Positions 52,962-63,807 of a DNA stretch of 63,807 nt are shown here, one piece after another. The stretch lies in contig OZ024744.1 of assembly GCA_964016885.1 (NCBI GenBank), positions 7,068,001 to 7,131,807 on the forward strand. The letters run 5' to 3'. Numbering within the stretch: position 1 is the stretch's first letter; each line of letters opens with the position of its first letter. A model generated the notes under the pieces. The model saw nothing but the letters and a program-made list of their open reading frames with translations, was not told the origin of the DNA and made no database searches. Made by a program: the position numbers and the translations under genes. This stretch comes from Eledone cirrhosa (taxonomy: Eukaryota).

Positions 52962-53112
52962 CATACATATATATATATGTATGTATATATATATATATAT
53001 AATATATATATATATAATATATATATACATACATATATATACATATATGTATACATATATATATATATATATATACATACATATATATACATATATATAT
53101 ATATACATATAT

Positions 53113-53143
<31 letters not shown>

Positions 53144-53148
53144 CATAC

Positions 53149-53179
<31 letters not shown>

Positions 53180-53288
53180 CATACATACATACATATATAT
53201 ACATATATATATATATACATACATACATACATATATATACATATATATATATATACATACATATATATACATATATATATATATATAC

Positions 53289-53365
<77 letters not shown>

Positions 53366-53376
53366 CATATACATAC

Positions 53377-53407
<31 letters not shown>

Positions 53408-53560
53408 CATACATACATATATATATATATACCTACATACTTACATACGTACATTCATACATAAATATGTATATACACATACATACATTCATAAATACAT
53501 ACATACATACATACATACTTACACACACATACATATATACATATATACAAATATGCATCA
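52780..53560. repeat. Compound (TA)/(TACA)n microsatellite
   Basis: Direct reading. Confidence 0.95.
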
Positions 53561-53564
53561 TATA

Positions 53565-53882
53565 TGAGGGCTGCAAACTCTGCCAAGAGTATTGCTATCG
53601 CTTGTCAGATTCAGATGTGTGATGCTCGGATATGGCTTTTCAAGCCTGCTAGAGACTTGCACTCCTTCACACACTGACGACAACTTTGGATCTCCCTGGC
53701 TTGAGATCTTACATCAGGTTGCCTATGAACCCTCACAACACCGTGGAGATCATAGTTCACTGGTTCTCTTTGAACATGGCTGTGACTGTGGCCCCTGAGA
53801 CCAGATTTGCTCAAGCAAATTTTTCCACACTCAGGGCACTTCAATTCAATGGAGACACCGATCGATCTTCTTGTGTTCTATT
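53565..53882 (-). mobile_element. Duplicate RTE-like zinc-finger 3' fragment
   Basis: ORF 53611-53844 identical to 47989-48222. Confidence 0.65.
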
Positions 53883-54283
53883 ACATACATACATACATAC
53901 ATATATATAATATACAAACCTTAACTTTACATTATTTTTCTCTTCGTTAATTTTCAAATTCTTTTAATTTATACATTATCTTCCAACGGTTTTTCAACCT
54001 CTCTATGTAAAACAATATATTTTTCTCGGTTATAAAAGCTATCTCTCTCTCTCTATCACCCATCTCTCCTCCTATCTCATCCTTCCTCATTATACTCCTC
54101 CCTCTCCACTTTTTACTCTCATCTCCTCCTCTTTTTCATCCTTTCCACCCCCCACCCCCCTCCTAAAAAAAAAAATATATATTTTTCCCAATATCACACA
54201 TCAATCTAAAACTACTTTTCATATGTTGATTTAAAACTGCACTATCCACAAGTGTTTTTTAACCTTCATATCATGTCTTCCTA

Positions 54284-54350
54284 TTTTATCTGATGAAAAC
54301 ACAAATATTATTGCATGATGATATTTGTTTTTGAAATGCGCATAATAAAA
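54284..54350 (+). ncRNA. Type I hammerhead ribozyme
   Basis: Identical to 48664-48730. Confidence 0.88.
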
Positions 54351-54473
54351 TATATTGAACTCCTTTAACCATCTTTTGATCTTATATTATGCATACTCCA
54401 GTCCCACAAACTATAGAGTGCTTCTTATCCGATATCTGCATTGCTTTATTGTACTACAATAAAACTCACCTCC

Positions 54474-54552
<79 letters not shown>

Positions 54553-54796
54553 GTATATATATATGAGTTATATATATGCATACCACAGTATATATACATA
54601 CATATATATATGTGTGTATATATGTATATATATATATATATGCATATATATAATTTATATATATATGTATATATATGTATATATTATACATGTATATATA
54701 TATATACTACGCAGATTTGGACAACTGGCATATGGAGGCAACTGTATGTGACCGAGAAGATTACCTGTCAGGCTAGAAAAGAGAACAAAGAGATCA

Positions 54797-54895
<99 letters not shown>

Positions 54896-55279
54896 CGTGT
54901 AGCAGCACAATGAGGAAAAATAATGGGGTGTATGTGATCCAGTTATATATGAACAGAAGGCAGCCACCATTAGTAATGGCGACTGTAGGTCGGTCTGTTA
55001 TTGACAAGTGAGCGTGTGTGTGATTAAATGAATGAACTCTTTGTACCGCCATCTAGTAATTACATTGAAAAGTGAACAAGTAGTCAGCAAGAAATTGACA
55101 ATTGTGCTGTTGCAGCATTACTACATTACTACTACAAAAATTATTGTATTTTCTTTAAAGGATCTTCATATGAAGCAAACAACACAGCATGGACCTCTAA
55201 TGAATATATATATATATATATAGAAGTGGAAGCTTAGTAAAATCGAAGCTTTTGCTGTGGCCAAGCAAAGTCGACCTAA

Positions 55280-55328
<49 letters not shown>

Positions 55329-55675
55329 GAATGATTTCTCCCGATTGAAACAATTCTAGTCCTGTAGAAGTCATTTCTATATTAAATATATATATATATG
55401 TATATATATATGTAGAGATTAGAAATTGTGAGTGTTTATAGTTAAGTGCTCACAATTTCTAATCTCTCGAGAAGTTACTTCCTCTGAAACCACCATCTAA
55501 TTAGTAAGGTAAATATGCCCTTTGGCAGCCATCTTGTTACCCATAGGCAGATCTCACACAATGCAGCCTCGACAGATGAATACTGCTTGATTATGGCTGA
55601 CAACTGATGCAACCAATATGTGGAACATTATATTATGTAACATTATCCCATTATTTTAATTTATATTCCTTTGAG

Positions 55676-55794
55676 GTTCCGATGAGCCACTCTGTTTTTT
55701 AAATATGTTAATTATTTTCAACTGAACCAGATCAATTATGATATATAGTCATCTGATCCAGAAATATTACATGGAGTAGCGAAACATTGTAAAC
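55676..55794 (+). ncRNA. Hammerhead-like motif, U4C variant with long branched stem II, in a probable solo pLTR (55414-56103)
   Basis: GTT-CCGATGA-GCcACTCTGT...ATGGAGTaGC-GAAAC(ATT)GT-A-AAC. Confidence 0.6.
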
Positions 55795-56100
55795 GGACAT
55801 TGTTATTATTAATATTATTATTATTATTCTCTACATTCCTTACATCAAACTAAAATATGTTGACAATATTTTAATAATGTCTTCCTTGTGAAGTTTGTGG
55901 TCTTGTTTTGCTTAACTAATTAATATTTCCAGCTCTGCGCATCTAACTTCTGCATGAACCCAGCCACCTAGCTGCTTCTACTGCATATTGCACATTGAGC
56001 ACATGCCTTTACGCTTTGGCTTCTAACTAACTCACCAATCTCTCCTCTCATATCTCCTCTCTTATCTGCATCACTCTCTTTAAGATTGGTTACTCTTGAA

Positions 56101-56267
<167 letters not shown>

Positions 56268-56272
56268 TATAT

Positions 56273-57292
56273 AACTAGACATGAAAAATGCGCAAGCTCA
56301 AAAGTGCCACAGAATGTTATAATAAACCTTCAAAAGTGTGGGACTAGAGTTGTTGCTAAAAAATATTGTAATCATTATATATCGTACATTCTGTGGCATC
56401 CTTTATAAAAATAGCTTAAACCAACGAAGCCTTTATTTTTACGCTATTTCACTTAGTTAATTCTTAGAGTGTAACATATAAAAATATGATTTACAACTAT
56501 AAAATAAATTAATTAATATAATAACAGAGCTGCGGAGCTGAAATTTAGGAAATAATGGAGTATCGGATCCTGAGTTCCAACTCAGTCAATTTTTGACCGA
56601 CTCCGCAGCCCTGTATAATACATTTCATATTAAAGTTATTAATAAACCTATTTTACACTTCATGCAAATTACCACGAGATATTGATATTAGATATAAGAT
56701 ACAGCGCAATATCTACAGCTGTAAAAGTACGAAAGCGAAGTAATAATAAGTGGCTTAAGGTAATTCCAATATGAAAGTTTGTAGTGATAAAAATTTGATA
56801 ATGCAATACGATTGTTAATATTATAGTTCTATGAAAATGTAACAATAGATAACTAAATTATTTTACTATTAGTATATTTAAGAAATTATCATTATAGATT
56901 TGATCGTTCATATAAGCATCATATTAAGTTTCAACACAATTATTTTGTTACTATGAGTATATGATAATAATTGTTTCTACTTTAGGCACAAGGCCAGCAA
57001 TTATCCCAGTGTATTACTGGTACTTTATTTTATTACGTAATTATTTATAGCTGTTATTACATTAAACATAGATGTATTTATTTTTATATGTTACACTCTA
57101 AGAATTAACTAAGTGAAATAGCGTAAAAATAAAGGCTTCGTTGGTTTAAGCTATTTTTATAAAGGATGCCACAGAATGTACGATATATAATGATTACAAT
57201 ATTTTTTAGCAACAACTCTAGTCCCACACTTTTGAAGGTTTATTATAACATTCTGTGGCACTTTTGAGCTTGCGCATTTTTCATGTCTAGTT
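56273..57292. repeat. 214-bp inverted repeat (56273-56486 / 57079-57292)
   Basis: Arms match by eye without visible mismatch. Confidence 0.9.
56525..56613. mobile_element. Small hAT-like MITE
   Basis: TIRs CAGAGCTGCGGAG / CTCCGCAGCCCTG; 8-bp TSD-like flanks TATAATAA / TATAATAC. Confidence 0.6.
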
Positions 57293-58405
57293 TAATATTT
57301 TTTTAAGGCAACGCTTGTAATAACTCTAGTTAAAGAGGATATATATTAATAATGAATTATCGTTGTAATGTAATTAGATTATGTAATTGTTATTATAAAT
57401 TATCTTATAAATATTAGTGTAAGATGTATAAAAATATTTTCAGACTTTTAATATAAACAACTACAAAAAACAATCAATATTAAATCAATATATTATACAT
57501 AATAGAAAACATAAAATATACAATACAAAAACAAAATATTTACATACATTTGCAATTATCAGTGTATATACATTTTCTTTATATTCCCTGAGCAAATTAA
57601 TAAGATTTGTTTTTATTGTACATAATTTGATGACTTGTTGGAGTGTATTAAAAGATAGCAACAATTTGTGATTAAATTGTTATCTTAAGCAACTCACTTT
57701 TTAATAGTTGTTGGCTGAGCGAAATTGTAAAAGCCTATGAGCAAATATAAAAAAAAATACACAAACAACATTTCCTTGTGTTATTACAACATTAGATAAA
57801 ATAATTGAGCAATGTCGTTATATTTTGCTCTTATTGCACATTAATAGTGTTTCTATTTTTCGGCACAAATCCATTACGGCAGTCCATTAGTGGTACTTTA
57901 TTTTATCGAATTAGTAAGTATGAAAGTCGAAGTTAACCTCGGCAGGATTTGAACTTAGAATGCAAAGGACCATAACAATACTGCAAAGCATGGTGTCTGA
58001 CGCTCTACCAATACTTGTGTTGAGCTGGTCATTAATTTATGGTGGCCGTGCGTGAAGTAGAGCAATCGCTAGTTGAAATATTATGAACAAAACATTTTTA
58101 TTTGCCGAAGAACATATTTTCAATACTGTTTGTGAATGTGACGAAGGAAATACATTCTGATATGGAACAGTGTACAAAGTGTGTCTGTGAATAACATAAT
58201 GTTACCTCATGTTGTTGTCAAGACATAATGGATTTCGTTTATCCAGTTAGAAGATGAAACCTAGCCATCTCGGATTAGTTATATTTCATGCCATGTGTAA
58301 ACGTGTTTGAGGATAGCAAAATATGCGCGTTAATTATAATAATTAGTTAATAATATTACAAAATATACCTAATTAAACTCTTTGCTTGAAATTTTATCAT
58401 TCTTC

Positions 58406-58456
<51 letters not shown>

Positions 58457-59914
58457 TTTATCTAGTCCTTCGCTCAAGATTAATCTATAAGTTTAGATGT
58501 TTGCCTTCGTTTAAGTAAATATTACAGTAAGATTTTTAATATAAACAACTACAAAAAACAATTAATATTAAAACGAAAAAATTATCAATGATAAAAGAAG
58601 CGGATGCAACTTTTTTTTTTATAAAGTTATATTCCTGTTTCTTTAAAGAACATTTCATTTTTGTTCTATTGTAGGCGAAATAATGCAATGGTTTAATAGG
58701 GAAGATATAACTTACGAATTATGTCTCTAACCGTGTAACGCTTTTTAAGTAGATAACTACAATTGAAAATACTAAAGAAATGGAACCAACAATTCAATTT
58801 GAAAGTCGTCTAGTGACAGTGTATTACTGGTACTTTATTTTATCGATCCCGTAACGATGAAAGGCAAAAATGCAAATGCTTAAAATTTAAATTGCCTTAA
58901 TTCTATCGTCTGCTGTTTCATTAAAGGGAGATTATCGTCTGTATTTAATTCTATCGTCTACTGTTCCACTAAACAGATATACCTCCACTATCGTCTCTAT
59001 TTATACATTTTAACTTATAACTTATACACATTTGATTTGAAATATTTTATCTAGTCCCCCCTCTCAATATTATGATGATCTCTTTCGAATGAAACAGTTC
59101 TAGTCCTGTAGAAGCCATTTATATATATAATTGAACTGAGTTAAAAATTCACAATATTTATAATTAAATAAGCTCATATATATATGTGTGTATTTATCTG
59201 TTTATTGTATTATATATAATGTGTGTATATACAGGATGTCCCCCCAAAATATATACACACTTCAACAGCATTCTAATAACTATTGCCTGTACAGGTAATC
59301 AAAGTGTCAATCGAATGTTAGTTTCGTGTTTTAACAGTACAAATTTACAATACACACATAAAACCAGTGTATATACATACATGAATGTGTATACACATAC
59401 ATGAATGTGTATATACAATATATATGTATATATATATAGACACATATATTCACGGTGCAACGGTACATTAAAATATAGATGCGGGAGAGGGGGGTGTATA
59501 TATAGGGGCGCTGGGGATAAAGGAGTGTAAAGCGTGTGTAATTGATATATTGAAGGAGAGGAGCGTGCAGCGATAGAGTAACAAATATATAGAGAGGGGG
59601 AGAGATGGTATTGAAGGGGAGGAGTGCAAAGCGAAAGAGTAAGAGATATATATAGAGACGGAACAGATAGAGAGAAACAGGCGTAAGTAACAGTGGAAGA
59701 GATATAGAGAGAGGTACTCTGATTGGTTGAAAATTAGCCAATGACATACGATCACCACCACCACGGCTATCCCCGAAAAATTTTTAGATAAGCTAGGCAT
59801 ATATGTTAGAACACGAAAAGTGAACATTCTGTGTTTCACACTTTTCGTGTTCTAACAGATATATATATATATATATAATATATATATATATATGTATATA
59901 CATATATATATGTA

Positions 59915-62717
59915 TTCGTTCTATTAAGGATTCTAACGCCGTGCACGTCCATTCCGACAAAACTGGAAACCTATATCAAGTGGAGCGCAGTACTTACCAT
60001 CAACTACTACATAATGTTGTAACTAAGGATTACCGTAAAACTAATCGGTGCGTCATCAATGAAATCAACGATGCTGGGTTTAAAATCACATCTGATCTCA
60101 ACATCCTGGACCGGACCGAACCTCTGGACCCTATTTCTCCCCACTTTACCCTGAAGGATCACAAATCCAATTTTCCGAACAACCTCTCTATTCAGCTTAT
60201 TAACCCTACGAAGTCCGATTTAGGTAGACTTAGTAAAACGATTCTTGATAGAATTATACCTGAAATTAGAAGTTTGGCCCCTCTTGCACTGTGGAACAAT
60301 TCTTTCGCGGTAATTGATTGGTTCAACGGCATATGTAACAAGGAACATTGGCGTTTTATCCAATTCGACATCAACAATTACTACTCCTCCATCACTTAAC
60401 CACTTCTCCTTAGAGCTATCAATTTCGCTAAAACACTCACAGTGGTTAAGGATTTTGAAGTTGATGTCATCCTTAATGCCCGAAAGTCGGTGATTAATTT
60501 CGACGACTCTATTTGGATTAAAAAATCCAATAGTACCCCATTCGACGTGAGTATGGGCGCCAGTGACTCTGCGGAGGTTACTGATCTTATTGGCCTTTTC
60601 CTTCTTTTCTCTATCAAGGACGAATTCCCCAACGCGGGCGGTGGTTTGTACCGTGACGATGGTCTTTTGACCATGACTAAGTGCGGACCTCGTGCTTGCG
60701 ACAGGTTCAGAAAAGAACTCACAGCCTTCTTTAAATGCTTCAACCTCTCTATACAGGTTGAGGCCAATCTCTCGGTCGTTAATTACCTCGACGTTACCCT
60801 CAATTTATTGAATGGGTTGTATTACCCGTATAGAAAGCCGAATGATACGCTTAATTACATAAGTAAGCATTCCAACCATCCTGCCAGCATAACCAAGAAC
60901 CTGGTAAGAAACGTTTCGTTGAGGCTTTCCCGTCTTTCCACCAACGAGCGTATTTTCAACGACCATTCCACTTATTACAATGAAGCTCTTGCTCGAAGTG
61001 GATTTGTCGATAAGGTAGCATATACAGAGTACTAAAATAGACCTAGAAGAAATAGATCCCGTCGCATTTGTTGGTATAACCCACCATATAATATGGAGGT
61101 GGCCACACCATTAGCTAAGATATTTCTTTCCCTTATTACGAAGCATTTTCCCCCTACACATAAATATAGTAACATTTTTAATAGAAATACTATTAGAATT
61201 TCTTACTCTACGACTCCTAACCTTGCACATAACATCACAGTTTCAAATTTAGCTAAACTACCTAGCCGTAGGAACACGTGCAACCCTGTAGTTAGTACTA
61301 ACTGTAATTGTAGGAATCGGGCTGATTGCCCCCTATCCGGGAAATGCCTCTCTAGTAACATTGTCTACAAATGTAAGGTTGTAACACCCACGTACCATAG
61401 GGCCTACATAGGGTTAACCGCCAATAGTTTCCAGCAGCGTCTTTACATGCATACCCATTCTTTTCGTTACCCTCTAAGAAGGAATATGACGTCACTTTCA
61501 GCTTATATCTGGAGTCTAAAAGAGAACCACACCCAATATAAGTTACACTGGGAGATCCTAGCTAGGGCTAGATCGTATAACGGAAATAAAAGACCATGTG
61601 ACCTCTGCGCCGCTGAGGCCCTGGAAATACTCTACGCCACAGACCACATCTTAAACAAAAAATCTGAGGCAGTTTCGGCTTGTAAACATAAATTGCACAA
61701 GACTTTCCTGTATTACAGCCCCACGTTATACCCTAACGGATAGTACGATCTATACGTGGATATTTTACGTCTTGATGTGGGAGCTAAGTATATGTTTTGT
61801 TTATTCCTTTACTTATTTGCATAGGTAAGTATATATTACCGGTAAGTTTTGTGAAGCTACGTATACCTTCTCGTACGTATATTTGATTGTTATGGCGTTT
61901 AATTTTATATTTCTGGTACATAGGGTTTGGCTATGTGTATACGGGAGTTTTGCGTCTGTGTGAGTATGCAGGTTCGTACGTATGGTGGGTGTGTGTATAT
62001 GTGTACTTCTTCTTTTAGTTGACTTACGTCTCCGAACATTTGTGTATTTATATGTAGGTATGTGTGTGCGCTTGTTATATACGTATTTATTTATTCTTAT
62101 ACGTTTATATAATTATTTATTTATTTGTATACACGCATACACACACACACATATTTATATGTGCGTGGTTTTGTATACCTATGGTAAGGTTTTTCGCATG
62201 CTTGTGTATGTACGTATTTGTTTGCGTGTATGTATTTATTTATTTCTATTACTTCTATATTGTATTTATTTACTTTGTTATTAACTCTGTAGCGGAGATT
62301 CATTTGGTCTCCTAGTTAGAATTTTAGTCTACGACTTCTGCTATACCATTTATGTGGTTTCGTCTTGGCGTGCTATTGTCCTCCACGCTCCACATATGAA
62401 GTATTATCTTCGTTTTTTCGTTCATTGCCAGAGAACGTCTCTATGCACCACCTAAGAGAACATTAGCCTACGACCTCTTTTATACCGTAATTGTTTTTCA
62501 CCGTTCCTATAAATGACGTATTATTCGTTTTTTTCCGTTCTTTGCCAGCGAACGATTCCACGAACCAATGTATCGTCTTCCTGTCTTCCTCCGGTTGCAA
62601 CGTTTTTTGAAATATCCAGTTCTGCGTTTACAGATTGACTTTGTTAGTTTCAGAAGATCCCGTTAAGGGTGAAAGCAGCGATTCTTTGCTTAAACTTTAA
62701 TCTGTTATTTTAATAAA
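59915..62717 (+). mobile_element. Hydra-type PLE family D, 5'-truncated; one reading frame (59941-61743) with two stops, plus pLTR
   Basis: HSDKTGNLY, LKDHK, QFDI, MGASDSAEVTDLIG, YRDDG, CNCRNRADCPL, IVY..YIG, CDLC. Confidence 0.9.
62646..62696 (+). ncRNA. Hammerhead-like motif, U4A core variant with non-palindromic stem III
   Basis: AGTTT-CAGAAGA-tCCC(GTTAA)GGGt-GAA-AGCAG(CGATTCT)TTGCT-T-AAACT; present in 4 copies. Confidence 0.6.
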
Positions 62718-62820
62718 TATATATATATTATATATATATATATATTATATATATATATATTATATATATATATATTATATATATATATTATATATATATA
62801 TATAATATATATTATATATA

Positions 62821-62902
<82 letters not shown>

Positions 62903-62934
62903 TATACATATATATATATTAATATATATATAAT

Positions 62935-62982
<48 letters not shown>

Positions 62983-63062
62983 TAATATATATATATATAT
63001 AATATATATATATATAATATATATATATATATTTATATATATAATATATATATATATATAAT

Positions 63063-63144
<82 letters not shown>

Positions 63145-63231
63145 ATATATATTACATATATATATATATATATATTACATATATATATATATTATATATA
63201 TATATATATTATATATATATATATATATATA

Positions 63232-63282
<51 letters not shown>

Positions 63283-63305
63283 ATATATTAAATATATATA
63301 TATAT

Positions 63306-63337
<32 letters not shown>

Positions 63338-63427
63338 ATATATATTATATATATATATTATATATATATATTATATATAAATATATATATATATCTATAT
63401 ATTATATATATATATATTATATATATA

Positions 63428-63505
<78 letters not shown>

Positions 63506-63538
63506 ATTATATATATATATGTAATATATATATATATA

Positions 63539-63592
<54 letters not shown>

Positions 63593-63626
63593 ATATATAT
63601 TTATATGTAATATATATATATATATA

Positions 63627-63696
<70 letters not shown>

Positions 63697-63807
63697 ATAT
63701 ATATTACATATATATATATATATATATTACATATATATATATATTATATAATATATATATTATTAATATATATATATATATATAATAATATATATATATA
63801 TATATAT
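62718..63807. repeat. >1-kb degenerate (TA)n tract
   Basis: Direct reading. Confidence 0.97.

Larger units (their letters stand above)
48290..54478 (+). mobile_element. Full-length Hydra-type PLE with three pLTR copies
   Basis: pLTRs ending CTCACCTCCTACAT at 48858, ~52779 and 54478 around an intact ORF. Confidence 0.88.

Noticed and set aside
59230-59270. Tc1/mariner-like TIR (TACAGGATGTCCC)
   Set aside because: No partner TIR or transposase seen
59941-61743. Selenocysteine recoding of in-frame stops (as in some Naiad PLEs)
   Set aside because: The stops are TAA, not TGA, and the EN is C-terminal

Overview
Eukaryotic, AT-rich, repeat-saturated DNA; the tRNA-SINE remnants and (TA)n load suggest an octopus/cephalopod genome (inference). 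The window is a microsatellite-partitioned retroelement nest. (1) 1-17.6 kb is a chain of five non-LTR elements separated only by (TAA)n tracts: four R4/Dong-type RT+restriction-like-endonuclease elements (one with an intact 1130-aa ORF, 11235-14627) and one full-length, decayed Tx1/L1-clade element in opposite orientation. (2) 18-63.8 kb is dominated by Penelope-like elements (PLEs) sitting in (TA)n: an intact Hydra-type RT/GIY-YIG ORF (48937-51339), several decayed Hydra-type copies, a Neptune-like copy, and many solo or inverted pseudo-LTRs (pLTRs). By eye I find about 24 type I hammerhead-ribozyme (HHR) motifs from about 12 sequence families, including U3-A8, U4C and U4A core variants and family-specific palindromic stem III sequences. 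Most families also carry a shared RTYGAGY(R)C motif downstream of the ribozyme. Other items: a retrozyme-like non-autonomous unit, a PLE that appears to have captured an RTE fragment in a ~1-kb terminal repeat, CRE/RTE/pogo/hAT/SINE remnants, and two phase-compatible candidate host exons (27831-28652, minus). All calls are from manual reading; no searches or folding programs were run.
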